DNA of 64,000 bases from an uncultured Christensenella sp. (GCA_964541825.1 CAZIRR010000003.1:983-64982); one strand, 5' to 3'. Positions 1-11,133 are shown, counted from the stretch's first letter. Made by a program: numbers and translations. The notes: a model not told the origin generated them from the sequence alone.

Positions 1-1
1 A

Positions 2-1168
2 TTAATTAGTAAAAAAGATATATATTTTGATGTAAATTTGGAAGTAAAAAAAGGCAAGGTTGCTAGGACCGTATCAATTGAAAAAAGTGTAGTAAATATG
101 GATATAACCGATGGCGTAATGACGGCGGTAAATAGACTTATTTATGACGAAGATTGCGACGAAATTCCTATCGTGACTTATACTCAAGATATCGTCACAT
201 ATGACTATACTACAGGAATAATCACAGCTCTTGATTTGGGCAAAGTAAAAGTGTCTGTTCATTTTTCACAATGTTCGGTATCTTTTGATGTAAATATTAC
301 TCAAGATTTGTATGTGACGACTATGGTGGTAAACAATTCCAAAGTGTATGCAAATACTATAGGCAAAATACCTTTTCAGGTATTTCCTAATAATGCAAAT
401 ACTTATGCTTTTTCGCTAAGTTCAGACGAAAAAGATAGAGAAGATTTTATTATTTATTCAGATGGCTCTTACAAATCTTTTGGTGCAACTCAAATTTCCC
501 TTGTTTGCACTTACTATACCCAAAAAAATCTAAAAAAAACAATATCTTTTGAAGTGGAAATTGTAGAGAAATTAACTGACTTTGATTATTCTATAAAAGA
601 TGAAAGAGGTGCGACCGTTAGCAATTGCTTGGCGAATGGCGAGTATACTCTTATTTTGGAAATTGACAAAAATATGGGTGAGCCTATTTTGCAGGTTTTT
701 GGTGATTTTGCAGAAAAATCTACACCTAAATATGTCGAAAAAACTGGTTATGAAATAACTTTTATGTTTACATCAATTGGTGTACAAGAAATAGATATCA
801 CATATAGCCTGACACTAGGCAATATCCAAAATATTGTGAATAAGACTATAATAATAAGCGTGACGGATATGTCTAGTATTGAGATTGGCGCTAAATGGGG
901 TAGCCTTACATTGGAAAAAGATAATTTGGATAGGTACAATATCTATCTAGATGGCGAGAATGGCACGCGTGCCGACTATATAACAATTCTGCTAAAAATA
1001 GATGGAACTTTTGAGCCGTCCCTTCAATATACCGTCTACCAAGTAATAGACGAGACAACCAAAAATGAAGTGGACAAAAAATTTACACCTACAGAAGTTG
1101 GAGAATTTACTTTTGAGGTGGTGTATAATGGCAAAACTTTGGGACAAATAGTCGTTTTGGTGAAATGA
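2..1168 (+). CDS. 5'-truncated hypothetical surface/secreted protein (gene enters from left edge)
   Basis: The frame of ORF 38..1168 stays open back to nt 2 with no stop, so the TTG at 38 is probably internal. The sequence is beta-rich and looks Ig-like (ITALDLGKVKVSVHF), with no catalytic motif recognised. Confidence 0.55.
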   Translation, partial: LISKKDIYFDVNLEVKKGKVARTVSIEKSVVNMDITDGVMTAVNRLIYDEDCDEIPIVTYTQDIVTYDYTTGIITALDLGKVKVSVHFSQCSVSFDVNITQDLYVTTMVVNNSKVYANTIGKIPFQVFPNNANTYAFSLSSDEKDREDFIIYSDGSYKSFGATQISLVCTYYTQKNLKKTISFEVEIVEKLTDFDYSIKDERGATVSNCLANGEYTLILEIDKNMGEPILQVFGDFAEKSTPKYVEKTGYEITFMFTSIGVQEIDITYSLTLGNIQNIVNKTIIISVTDMSSIEIGAKWGSLTLEKDNLDRYNIYLDGENGTRADYITILLKIDGTFEPSLQYTVYQVIDETTKNEVDKKFTPTEVGEFTFEVVYNGKTLGQIVVLVK

Positions 1169-1183
1169 TTAGGCGATAATTGT

Positions 1184-1212
1184 TTGACAAAGAAATAGTA
1201 TATATATATAAT
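1184..1212 (+). promoter_or_regulatory. sigma70-type promoter candidate for the 1967-aa gene
   Basis: TTGACA (1184-1189), 17-nt spacer, TATAAT (1207-1212), read directly. Confidence 0.5.
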
Positions 1213-1333
1213 AAATTAGAAGATTATATTTATTTTTTGCAAGCTGGTGTTATTTTTTATAACATTTTGACAAAAAATAATAATACGAATGTTTTGGAAA
1301 AACAAAAAATTTTTTAAGTTTAGGTGATTACAA

Positions 1334-4300
1334 ATGTTTAAAAGAGTTTTGAAAATACTTGGTATTTGTCTAGCAATATTTGTTGGCGTGCTATGTGCAG
1401 GTTTTGGTATTTATGCATTGCAGGGTGGTTTCAAAAATGTTGAAATCAATATTTTGTATCTCTATATGGACGACATTACCAAGGCGGACAAGACTATCTA
1501 TACTTTAGAAGATTTTACGACAGCTATCAATTTTGAGCCATTAGACGCTACAGAAAAAGAACTAGAAGTTATTATCCAAGACCCTATGAGAATTGAAGAA
1601 AATGGCAATTTGATACAAGAAGGGATACTCAAAAATGTTCCTACTACTGTACAAGCGGGAGAAGATTTCAAAATAGAGATAAACAAAGACGCTAGAGGGA
1701 ATAACTATGGCGGTGCTGTTACTCTTACTTTCAAACCAAAGGGTAATGACAAAACAATCACCGATTTTACATTGAAAATAGTTGTCGATGTCGCTATCCC
1801 AAATAAGTCCCTTTACTTTGCTGGCAACAATGGAGATAGCTACTCTACTGTTTATGGCAAGACTATTACAATGGGTATTAGCAACAACGAACAATTCGTT
1901 TATCTAAAGAGCAATCTTGTAAATGCTTTTTGCCTAGAAGCAGATAACCAAAACCTAAAGAGTGCAGAAATTGGATATACATATATTACCCTTGACGGCA
2001 AAAAATGTTATGATGCATCTACAGACAAATTTGTAGAAAAATCAAGTGGCATATGGACTAGTTCCGATGCTATTATCAATACTTTTGAAAATCTAGACTA
2101 CGATAGAATCTATAACACAGAAGAAAAGCAATATAATTATTATTTCAAAATCCCAGTTACGCCAAAAGAAAGTGGCACAATTACAATGACTGCTAGAATG
2201 CACAAAACTTACGAAATAGAACAAGAATATATTGCCAATGATTTTGATAATTTTGTAGAGCCTAGTGCAAACAATCCCGATGCTCAAATCAAAGTTGATA
2301 AGTACAATGAATTTATCAATAAATATATAGCTTACTTCGATACTACTGACGAGAGCTATGAATTCTTTAGCAATCCTAATTTTATGAAAAGCGATGGCAC
2401 TATTACTCTTCCTTATAGAGCAATAGAACAATCCAAGAAATTTATATTCCAGACAACTACTGCTACTATCAATATCTCGGCTGTAAACCTAAAAAGTATC
2501 ACTAGTACAGATGTCCCTCAAGAATTTAAAGTATTCGACACAGAAACTTATACTATCCAAGGTATGATAGACAAGTTTGATTTGTCTATTGATCTTAGCG
2601 AAGATAATGTTGCACAAGTCTCTACCGAAAAGGCAAACTTGTTCTCCACTCTTCAAGTATCTCCATATATCTATTTGGAGAAAGACGAATATATTCATTC
2701 TAGAGAAACACTATGGCAAAATTATGGCATAGTGCTAGGAGTAGTGGACTTTACTAGTAGTGGCAAGCCTGTTGTCTCGGACGAAACAATATCTATAGAA
2801 AATCTAGAAAGCGATCAATGGATAGGCTTCTTGGTGGCACTAAGTGGCAAAAATGCCTACAAAGAATATATCACTAGCGATTTGAAAAACGATGCCGAAA
2901 ATAAAATATGGACATTGGGTTTCAATACTCCGCTGGTTAGGAATAATACCGAGACTACCATCAAGACTGCCACAAGAGCTTTGTTCTTGCAATTCCAAGT
3001 ATCGGGTAGAAATCTAGACACCAATGAAAAAATTGTCAAGAATGATTATACTCGTATATTTATCAATTACACAGAGTATGATTACATATACCAAGATAAT
3101 GCCAAGATATCTTTTGATAATTCATTAAAGAGAATGTCTATAACCAAGAGTGTTAGCAAAGCCTCTGATTATGACTACGCAAGTGAACTTAATGAACAAT
3201 CAATAGCTATTTCACTAGCAAATTCCATAACAAATTATGACAAAGTTCAATACAAAAATATAATGTATTTCGTAGAAAAGAATTCAAACGCAATAGATAC
3301 TGGTGGCAAAAAATTGGCATCTATCGGACATTACAATTTTAGATACTTCAAAGATGGCGTCGATGGTGCAATCAATATGGTCAAACTCTTTGATGGTACT
3401 GAAAATTTGGTAGGTGAGAGACTGCCAGAGGACACACTATATGCACTTAATGCATCAGACGAACCAGCAAGGATATTTGCTATAGTTTATCTAAGCGATA
3501 AAGATGGCAATCCTATAGACGTCAATGGTAGACCAATCAAGATAAACGAAAATAGTGACGAAGACACTACATTAGTTGTATTTGCTATCACCGATATCAC
3601 CCAAAATGGAATGGCAAGCGTTGTTATCGACAATTTCGTAAGTAATATCAATTACTATACTATCTCTCAAGTAGACTATACAATATCGGAAAATGTAGAT
3701 AGCGATAATGATGGCGAAGCAGATACAACCATTTCTTACGAGATATCAGCAGATAAATGGGTAAAAAGAAATTTGATTAATAGCTATGTAGACAGCGGAA
3801 CAGGTTTATCTTTTAGTGAAGAAAAATTAGAAGAATTGAAAGATTTGTTGCGATTAAAAATACTTTATAATAATAAAATCACTTTGTATGCAACCAACTT
3901 TGATTTAACAGCGGACGGTACAATTAGCGAAAAAGATACAAGAAATGCTACATATACTATGAATATCAAAGATTTCTATGGTAAAACTATCCAAAAAGCA
4001 TTCGACATCAATACATTGCATAACAAACAATTAGCATTAAATCGAATGGTTAATAATTTTAATTCAAATTATTATTTATATATCAATGCGACAAATACTC
4101 CAGCTGTTACAGCGACAGATGTCTTTCGTAGCGAAGATGGCTCCATACTAGGCATACAATTTGATATCGTTGCCGAGGGCAAAAAATCCGATGATCAAAA
4201 CAATTATGACCTCATATATATCAAGGCAAATAATAATGTAGTCAATGCTTTGTCAGAAGCCAATGACTACGTGAGTTGGACAGTCAATAAATTAGATGTC

Positions 4301-7237
4301 GAAGATATCGAATTGTTTGATATCCAAAGCGAAACTACCAAAACTGCTCTAAATACATACAACAAACTTTATGCCAAATATTCAGAAGATAGCAATAAAA
4401 GTCAAGTATTTGGCAATGTGAAATATGGCACAAATGGTTTTGAATTTTCTTCTTATTATTTGTATGAATATTTCAAAAATGACGGGTATGGATTTGTAAA
4501 AGATTCAATAGATGATAATGTATACTTCGTAGTCAAGACCAATCTATACAAAGACAATGAAGTAAATATGTCTCTTGTTGATATGTCTCAAGCTAACTAT
4601 AATAATAATTCGGGCAATTCTTCCAGTAATTCAAACGAATTTGCTTGTATTTATGACTATATAGAGTATTACACTCAAAATACAAATAATATAAAAGTCT
4701 GTTACAAAAATGCTACAGGTGTGGCTCAATTAAAAGATGATTTGTATTTCCCAAGTGATGGTAATTATATCTGTGTAGGTAGCAAAAAATTTGAAAAACA
4801 AACAGGCACTATCACAATCGATGGCACAGAATATTCTAGATATATTACCGCTGGTGGTAGAAATTATGGAGTGATAACTTCTGATAATAGTGGTTACTAT
4901 TATGGTGAAGAAGTTGTAAAAATAAGTGCTGGAGAATATTTCCCATATATCAAAAGTGATACTATTTACAAAGTAATTATTTGTGACGAAGAATTTGTAA
5001 TAGAAGACAATAAATATGAAACAGCACAGAATACAGGCATTATATACAATATCTCTGAAGCTACTGCTCGCCAAAAAACATTCAAAATTAGCACATCAAC
5101 TACTATCAATGGTACTACATATGATGTAACGAATTTCATTGATGATGGCAGGAAAGATTCTACAGATACAGCATTAGAAAAGACAGAGAATGCAGTAGAT
5201 AATACAAAATATATCACTCAAGCAACCATCAAATTCTTAAGAGGTGGAGTGCTTAAAGATAGCGCTAACAATGATATCTATGTAAAAGACGAGAATGGCA
5301 AGTATTATTACAATGAGACTAGCAAACAATACGAGATTTGCCCAAGTAATTTCACAGGTGAAAGATATTCCAAAAAAGGCATTATGGCATACTTGATGAT
5401 TTCTTACAATTTTAATGCTCTAGATGGCAAAACTATTACAAAAGTAATTGCTTATGAATTGGTGCAAGAGCCAATTACCCTAGTTGCTACAGGTAATGTT
5501 GATGGCAAGGAAGAAACTATAGAACTTAAAGCTGAATCTCAAGATACTGTTACAGACGAGCTTACCATTAATGCAGGTGGAGATACAGAATTTACTTTGG
5601 GCAATGTAAGTAGTTCAACCGCCAAAGGGAACAGCAATTCTATTAATATTGTTGGGGCAAGTTACGAAAAGAGTTTCTTTAAACACTGTACATTTACTCT
5701 TGACGCAGGGAATTCAGGAATTACGTTTATAGATAGCAATGGGCAAGGAGTAGAAGAGATTACAATTTCAAGCTTAAATGATAAAATTACTCTTCGAGTA
5801 CCAGACAAATATGCTACTACAACTGCAAAGATTATTATCTCCTATATTGATGAAAATGGAGAAAATATATCTAGATGTCTAAGACTTAGCGTCAAACCTA
5901 ATTATACATTTGCAATGAAAGAGTCTCAGACTACAGGAGATCTGAACTATGATTCCGATACAAAAAAATATACATTATCTCTAAACAGTGGTGAGCACTC
6001 AATAAGTGAACTTATCAGCAAATACTTTAATGTATCTGGTGGAAGTATCAAATTAGTAAATATAGATAGTGATAATAAGTATGCTAGCATTTCTGGGGAT
6101 ACATTAACTATTGGAAAATCATATGCCGTTGACGAAGATGGCCAAACTACATATGATTATGTCGAGTTTAATATGATAATAGTTGATGCTAAAAACATTA
6201 AAAATATAAACATTAATGAAACCTTGTATGTAAAAATCAATCCTACATACATTATCGATATGAGCAATCTGACAGGCGATGTATTGTATGGCACAGATAT
6301 AATATCTCCAGATTACATCACAATCTATAAGTCTTCAGTTACTACAGAAAATAAAGTGTCAGCTAGCGAATTTGAGACAATTGCCAATGAAATAGGCTTA
6401 AAATTGTATAAAGAAATTAGTAAAAATAATTATTTAGACTTAGACGGCAAAGTAATTTCTGATGATATGTATACTACACAATCTAATGTAGCATTCGTAA
6501 TTAAATATCAAGAAGGCTTGTCGCAAGAGATAAGCAAAAATATATCCCTTAATGTAATTGGTTACGAAAAATATTATTCTGCATCTGGCTCATTTAAAGA
6601 TGGCGACGATTACGATACTATCAAAGAGAAGGGCAAAACCGATATCCCTGACAATGTAATAAACTTTGTACTCAAGGCTGATGAAAAATTGAAGTTAGAA
6701 AATTACATCAGAACATATACAATAGGCAATAATAATGGAGTAAATATCTATCCTGTATTGGTATTGGCAGAAACTAAAGAAAATATTACTACATATTCTG
6801 TAGCTTCTGGTAGTACAATCGAAAATAATTTTGGCACATATTATCTAGGCTTTGCATTGCATAATAGCGGAGAATATACTTTGTTGGCAGTAGATAATAA
6901 TGTAGAGATATCTATCCAAAAACTAGAATTATTCTATAGCGAAACAGGTTTTGATAATTCTATATCTTATAATACACTTACAAGTAATTCTTCATACACT
7001 TTAGGTGGTAATTTTACTATCACGACAGCTGAAACTTCTGTAGATATTAATAAATATCTAAAATTCTATATAGATCAGAGCGAAATAGAAGTTGTTATTC
7101 GAGACGGAGATAATGAGGTGTCTTCAACAATCACTTCTCCAGCAAGTGGAGAAAGCAAAACATACAATATCTGCTACAAACTAAATGGGATAACTATTGA
7201 TAGCGGATATGATGTGACAATTACTACATCTAATTAA
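1334..7237 (+). CDS. giant (1967 aa) membrane-anchored hypothetical envelope protein
   Basis: Uninterrupted 5.9-kb ORF with an AGGTGA Shine-Dalgarno sequence upstream. It has one N-terminal hydrophobic helix (ILGICLAIFVGVLCAGFGIYAL). The rest is hydrophilic and rich in N, D, T, Y and K, with no obvious internal repeats or known motifs. Confidence 0.8.
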   Translation: MFKRVLKILGICLAIFVGVLCAGFGIYALQGGFKNVEINILYLYMDDITKADKTIYTLEDFTTAINFEPLDATEKELEVIIQDPMRIEENGNLIQEGILKNVPTTVQAGEDFKIEINKDARGNNYGGAVTLTFKPKGNDKTITDFTLKIVVDVAIPNKSLYFAGNNGDSYSTVYGKTITMGISNNEQFVYLKSNLVNAFCLEADNQNLKSAEIGYTYITLDGKKCYDASTDKFVEKSSGIWTSSDAIINTFENLDYDRIYNTEEKQYNYYFKIPVTPKESGTITMTARMHKTYEIEQEYIANDFDNFVEPSANNPDAQIKVDKYNEFINKYIAYFDTTDESYEFFSNPNFMKSDGTITLPYRAIEQSKKFIFQTTTATINISAVNLKSITSTDVPQEFKVFDTETYTIQGMIDKFDLSIDLSEDNVAQVSTEKANLFSTLQVSPYIYLEKDEYIHSRETLWQNYGIVLGVVDFTSSGKPVVSDETISIENLESDQWIGFLVALSGKNAYKEYITSDLKNDAENKIWTLGFNTPLVRNNTETTIKTATRALFLQFQVSGRNLDTNEKIVKNDYTRIFINYTEYDYIYQDNAKISFDNSLKRMSITKSVSKASDYDYASELNEQSIAISLANSITNYDKVQYKNIMYFVEKNSNAIDTGGKKLASIGHYNFRYFKDGVDGAINMVKLFDGTENLVGERLPEDTLYALNASDEPARIFAIVYLSDKDGNPIDVNGRPIKINENSDEDTTLVVFAITDITQNGMASVVIDNFVSNINYYTISQVDYTISENVDSDNDGEADTTISYEISADKWVKRNLINSYVDSGTGLSFSEEKLEELKDLLRLKILYNNKITLYATNFDLTADGTISEKDTRNATYTMNIKDFYGKTIQKAFDINTLHNKQLALNRMVNNFNSNYYLYINATNTPAVTATDVFRSEDGSILGIQFDIVAEGKKSDDQNNYDLIYIKANNNVVNALSEANDYVSWTVNKLDVEDIELFDIQSETTKTALNTYNKLYAKYSEDSNKSQVFGNVKYGTNGFEFSSYYLYEYFKNDGYGFVKDSIDDNVYFVVKTNLYKDNEVNMSLVDMSQANYNNNSGNSSSNSNEFACIYDYIEYYTQNTNNIKVCYKNATGVAQLKDDLYFPSDGNYICVGSKKFEKQTGTITIDGTEYSRYITAGGRNYGVITSDNSGYYYGEEVVKISAGEYFPYIKSDTIYKVIICDEEFVIEDNKYETAQNTGIIYNISEATARQKTFKISTSTTINGTTYDVTNFIDDGRKDSTDTALEKTENAVDNTKYITQATIKFLRGGVLKDSANNDIYVKDENGKYYYNETSKQYEICPSNFTGERYSKKGIMAYLMISYNFNALDGKTITKVIAYELVQEPITLVATGNVDGKEETIELKAESQDTVTDELTINAGGDTEFTLGNVSSSTAKGNSNSINIVGASYEKSFFKHCTFTLDAGNSGITFIDSNGQGVEEITISSLNDKITLRVPDKYATTTAKIIISYIDENGENISRCLRLSVKPNYTFAMKESQTTGDLNYDSDTKKYTLSLNSGEHSISELISKYFNVSGGSIKLVNIDSDNKYASISGDTLTIGKSYAVDEDGQTTYDYVEFNMIIVDAKNIKNININETLYVKINPTYIIDMSNLTGDVLYGTDIISPDYITIYKSSVTTENKVSASEFETIANEIGLKLYKEISKNNYLDLDGKVISDDMYTTQSNVAFVIKYQEGLSQEISKNISLNVIGYEKYYSASGSFKDGDDYDTIKEKGKTDIPDNVINFVLKADEKLKLENYIRTYTIGNNNGVNIYPVLVLAETKENITTYSVASGSTIENNFGTYYLGFALHNSGEYTLLAVDNNVEISIQKLELFYSETGFDNSISYNTLTSNSSYTLGGNFTITTAETSVDINKYLKFYIDQSEIEVVIRDGDNEVSSTITSPASGESKTYNICYKLNGITIDSGYDVTITTSN

Positions 7238-7268
7238 CTAAATTAACGAAAAAAATTTGGAGTTAAAT

Positions 7269-8285
7269 ATGGAAAGAAAAGAATCAAGGAATGGTTTGGA
7301 ACTTATTAAATTTGGAGCGATTAGGCTCAAGGGCAATTTTAGTGCTTTGTTTATGGGTACTTTTGCTATGGTCACCCCTCTAGTGCTTGTATTCTTAGTT
7401 CCATATTTAATATCTAGATTTACAGATATTACTTGGATAATGTCTATAGGTGTAGTATTGTTTGCTATTCTTGTAGGGCCTATTCAAATGGGTTATATCA
7501 AATATTTCAATGAAACTATTGATGGCAAACAGCCCAAACTTTCACGAGTGTATTCAGAATTCAAATTTTCTCCCACTACACTTAGAACTATATATATAGC
7601 ACTTATTTTGATTGTTCTTTATATAGTAGGTGGCATACTTTGGATAGTTCCAGCAGGATTTGCGATATCATTCTTTTCTATGACATTGTTTTTCTTGGAA
7701 AAATACAAATATCACAAACTAAGTGATGCTATGACTGATTGCGCTAGACAAATGATAGGCAATAGACTTGCAATGTTTTCTTATAAACTTATTTTCTACT
7801 TTGTTTATGCATTATTATTTGGCATAGGAGCATTGTGTATAGCACTTATATTCATTCTAGCTAGTGATAGTATGATAGTTAGTTATATAGTGACACTTTG
7901 TAGTGTAATAATATTTATATTTATGTATTCTATGGTTACAGTCTATTATCATTCTTGCAATCAAATATTCTTTGAAGATACTCTTATGTATAACGAAAGA
8001 AAAAGAGCAAAATTGCAAAAGTCCAAAGTTGACAATGTAAAAGTAGAGAGTGTGGACAAAGACAATACTTCTACAAGTAACGAAGTAGCAAAAGTATCTA
8101 ATAAAGACGTAAATATTGATACCAAAAATGAGCAGAATACAAGCAATATTGACACCAAAACAAACAATCAAGAGAAAAAAGATACTAAAAAGAAGACAAA
8201 GTCTTCTCCCAAAAAATCTTCTTCTCACACAAAAAGCAAATCAACCAAATCTGCTAGTCAAACTATAGAAAAAGAGCAAAAGTAA
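7269..8285 (+). CDS. DUF975-like polytopic membrane protein with K/S/T-rich low-complexity tail
   Basis: ATG at 7269 has a GGAG 7 nt upstream, whereas the track start at 7257 is a TTG. The N-terminal pattern (LELIKFGAIRLKGNF) followed by several TM helices is recalled as typical of DUF975. The C-terminal ~90 aa are a lysine/serine/threonine-rich tail. Confidence 0.6.
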   Translation: MERKESRNGLELIKFGAIRLKGNFSALFMGTFAMVTPLVLVFLVPYLISRFTDITWIMSIGVVLFAILVGPIQMGYIKYFNETIDGKQPKLSRVYSEFKFSPTTLRTIYIALILIVLYIVGGILWIVPAGFAISFFSMTLFFLEKYKYHKLSDAMTDCARQMIGNRLAMFSYKLIFYFVYALLFGIGALCIALIFILASDSMIVSYIVTLCSVIIFIFMYSMVTVYYHSCNQIFFEDTLMYNERKRAKLQKSKVDNVKVESVDKDNTSTSNEVAKVSNKDVNIDTKNEQNTSNIDTKTNNQEKKDTKKKTKSSPKKSSSHTKSKSTKSASQTIEKEQK

Positions 8286-8302
8286 TTGAATCAAAAAAAG
8301 AA

Positions 8303-8334
8303 ATGTATTATGAATATCATAATGCATTTTTTTT
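8303..8334 (+). terminator. rho-independent terminator
   Basis: Stem ATGTATTATG / CATAATGCAT, 5-nt loop, then a T-run. Confidence 0.7.
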
Positions 8335-8415
8335 GTAAATTTATAATAATTTTTTTACATAAAGAGATGTCTTTTTCAAATACTAAAAATGATAACATAT
8401 TTATGGAAGGTGTAT

Positions 8416-8964
8416 ATGAAAGAGACAGGAATAGTTAGAAAACTAGATAATCTAGGGCGATTGGTTATTCCCAAAGAAATAAGAAGATGTATGAGAATTA
8501 AAGAGGGGTCACCTATTGAATTCGGACTATTGCCTACAGGAGAGATTGTCTTGTGTAAATATTCTCTAGTCAATCAAATAAGCGATTATGCCGATGAATT
8601 TTCAAGAATTCTAGGTGAAATGTTTGATTGTATGATAATTATAGGAGATAGGGACAAGATTGTGTCTTGTTTTGGAGTGAGCAAAAAGGCAATGCTCGGT
8701 CAAAAACTCTCCTTGCAATTGCTAGATATCTTGGATACCAAAATGTCTTATATGGCAAGCAAAAATAATGGAACAACTATTATACCTATTATAGACGATG
8801 ACAAAAATGAATACATATCGCAATTGATTTTTCCTATAGTTATCCAAGGCGAAAAAGAAGGAATAATTGCTCTTTGCGAAAGCAAAAATTCATATGAGTT
8901 TGGCGAAAGTCACATAACTGCACTCAAATTGATATCCAAGTTCTTGAGTTCGCAATTGGAGTAA
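8416..8964 (+). CDS. spoVT: SpoVT/AbrB-family sporulation transcriptional regulator
   Basis: N-terminus MKETGIVRKLDNLGRLVIPKEIRRCMRIKEGSPIEF matches the AbrB/SpoVT swapped-hairpin motif. A C-terminal ~120 aa of GAF-like length follows. The SD is GGAAGGTG. A yabM-like gene follows it, as in Bacillus. Confidence 0.85.
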   Translation: MKETGIVRKLDNLGRLVIPKEIRRCMRIKEGSPIEFGLLPTGEIVLCKYSLVNQISDYADEFSRILGEMFDCMIIIGDRDKIVSCFGVSKKAMLGQKLSLQLLDILDTKMSYMASKNNGTTIIPIIDDDKNEYISQLIFPIVIQGEKEGIIALCESKNSYEFGESHITALKLISKFLSSQLE

Positions 8965-8965
8965 T

Positions 8966-10666
8966 ATGAAGAGAAGTTCTTTTGTACTAAGTGCAATTAT
9001 TCTTACCTTGGGGGGATTTTTTGCAAAAGCAATTGGAGCTTTGTACAAAATCCCACTTACAAATATCCTTGGCAGTAATGGAATGGGTGTGTACTATTTG
9101 GTCTTCCCCTTATATTCTCTAGTTATTGCTTTTTGTAGTAGTGGAATTAGTGTAGCATTGTCCACCGAGGTTGCCAAGTGTCGAAAAATTCATCATAGAT
9201 TTAATGAACAGAAATTGCTTCGAGTGGCACTTGTCTTTACTTTTGTAATAAGTTTAATTTTGTCTCTTGCCATTGTCTTTTTGTCATCAACTTTGGCTGA
9301 AATTCAAGGCAATATGAATGCGAAATTAGGGTATATTGCCATATCTCCAGCCATAATTCTATCTTCTCTAATCGCCACAATTAGAGGGTATTTCCAAGGT
9401 ATAGAAAATATGGTGCCGACCACAGTTTCTATGATAATAGAGCAGATTGTCAAATTGAGCGTAGGGCTTGTCCTAGCACACAAATTGTGTGTTTATGGTT
9501 TGGAATATGCTGTGCTTGGTGCAATTTTGGGAGTAACAATTAGCGAAATTGTAGCACTTATTATTATTGTTATCAATTTTATTACATACAAAGGTCAGTT
9601 GTATTATAATTATAGGAATAAGTTTTTCAAAAATAAGACCAAAAAGTTTGTTTCCAAGAGTCTCAAAAAGAAAAAACTACTCAATGTAAGCAAAAATTGT
9701 AAAAAATCTTTGTTCATCGCAAATGCACAAAATATCAGATATTCTACTCGCTCTGCTCTTGCCAAATTGCTTGCTATCGCTATACCTTGTACACTATCCA
9801 ATATTCTTATACCTATATCTACTATGCTAGATAGTTTTATGATTATCAATTTGATGGTAAAATCGGGATACAGTCTGGCAATATCGACATCTTTATATGG
9901 TTTGTGGGGAGGAGTAATCCAAGCTCTTATTAGCTTGCCAACTATTATTGTATCTGCAATATCTACATCACTAGTCCCCGCTCTTAGCGGAATAGTTGCA
10001 CGAAACGATACTAGCGAAATCAAAAATAAAATAGCTTTTTATATCAAATTGACTCTAGTGCTTAGCCTGATAATGTTTGTAATATTCTATGTGTTTGCCG
10101 AAGATATGCTCAAATTTTTGTACGGTGATGGTCTAAGTGATAGTGTAATAGACGAAATGTTTTATGCAGTCAAGATGCTCAAAATTAGCAGTATTTCTAT
10201 AGTTTATTATGCATTTCTTCAGACCTTTACAGCCATCTTGCAGACTATTGGCAAGTCGACAATCCCTTTTTATTCTCTACTTTTTGGGCTGTGCATACGT
10301 ACCCTTTTGATTGTTTGTATGGTCTCAAATATTAGTATAAATATTTTTGGCGTAGTTATAAGCAATATAATATTCTTGAGCATTGCAGATGTAATACTTG
10401 CTATAAGTATTGCCAAGAAAATTAGATTTGAATATAAACTATATAATCATCTACTCAAGCCAATGATTATTTCTATAGTCATATTATTAGTTTGTCAAGT
10501 AATAAAATATGCTTTTGGAAGCATTATCAATTACTTTATTTTGGCATTGATTGTAGGGATATTTGGCGTTTTTCTCTACCTTTTGTGGATATATTTTGGC
10601 AAGATATTCACCCCCAAAGAACTGGAACAATTCAAAATTGGCAAGAAAAAAATATCTCACAAATAG
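8966..10666 (+). CDS. MOP-superfamily polysaccharide/lipid II flippase-like protein (SpoVB/YabM/MurJ-like)
   Basis: Polytopic membrane protein with N-terminus GGFFAKAIGALYKIPLTNILGSNGMGVYY, recalled as typical of the SpoVB/YtgP family. It sits directly after spoVT, the yabM position in B. subtilis. It carries a K-rich cytoplasmic insert. Confidence 0.75.
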   Translation: MKRSSFVLSAIILTLGGFFAKAIGALYKIPLTNILGSNGMGVYYLVFPLYSLVIAFCSSGISVALSTEVAKCRKIHHRFNEQKLLRVALVFTFVISLILSLAIVFLSSTLAEIQGNMNAKLGYIAISPAIILSSLIATIRGYFQGIENMVPTTVSMIIEQIVKLSVGLVLAHKLCVYGLEYAVLGAILGVTISEIVALIIIVINFITYKGQLYYNYRNKFFKNKTKKFVSKSLKKKKLLNVSKNCKKSLFIANAQNIRYSTRSALAKLLAIAIPCTLSNILIPISTMLDSFMIINLMVKSGYSLAISTSLYGLWGGVIQALISLPTIIVSAISTSLVPALSGIVARNDTSEIKNKIAFYIKLTLVLSLIMFVIFYVFAEDMLKFLYGDGLSDSVIDEMFYAVKMLKISSISIVYYAFLQTFTAILQTIGKSTIPFYSLLFGLCIRTLLIVCMVSNISINIFGVVISNIIFLSIADVILAISIAKKIRFEYKLYNHLLKPMIISIVILLVCQVIKYAFGSIINYFILALIVGIFGVFLYLLWIYFGKIFTPKELEQFKIGKKKISHK

Positions 10667-10836
10667 ATAAAATTATATACAATTTGGCGTCTATAACTCA
10701 AAAAATCACCCAAATATGCTTAAATTGTATCAAATTTAGCCATTTTTTAGTCAAAATTTGAATTTTTTTGTTTAATCTTTTTGCAAAAAGTATAATTTAT
10801 GTTATAATGGGGTATCAACTATTAAAGGAGATAAAT

Positions 10837-11112
10837 ATGAATAAATTAGAAATAATTAAAGTTATTGCTGAAGAATCAGAATTAACACAAAAAGAAGTTT
10901 CTGGTGTAGTAGATACTATGATTAATACTATCATCAATGAATTGAAGAGAGGAGAAGAAGTTAATATTGCAGGTTTTGGCAAATTTGTTGTTAAAAAACG
11001 TGCTGCAAGAACAAGTATCAACCCTAGAACTAAACAAGCTATCGCTGTTCCTGCTAGCAAAGCACCTACCTTCAGAGCAGGCAAACAATTCAAAGATGCT
11101 GTAAACAAATAA
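10837..11112 (+). CDS. hup: DNA-binding protein HU
   Basis: MNKLEIIKVIAEESELTQKEV...GFGKFVVKKRAARTSINPRTKQAIAVPASKAPTFRAGKQFKDAVN is canonical HU. The ATG at 10837 follows GGAG; the track start at 10768 is an upstream extension. Confidence 0.95.
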   Translation: MNKLEIIKVIAEESELTQKEVSGVVDTMINTIINELKRGEEVNIAGFGKFVVKKRAARTSINPRTKQAIAVPASKAPTFRAGKQFKDAVNK

Positions 11113-11133
11113 TTAACTAATTTATCTTGAATT

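Noticed and set aside
10768-10836. N-terminal extensions given by the ORF track (hup 10768, spoVT 8389, pgk 12309, LRR2 25634, ileS 45478, znuC 52868, groES 57681, clpP 62469, tetR 23542 and others)
   Set aside because: In each case an internal ATG with a properly spaced GGAG-type SD yields the canonical family N-terminus. The upstream part is unconserved-looking sequence that overlaps terminators, promoters or the preceding gene.
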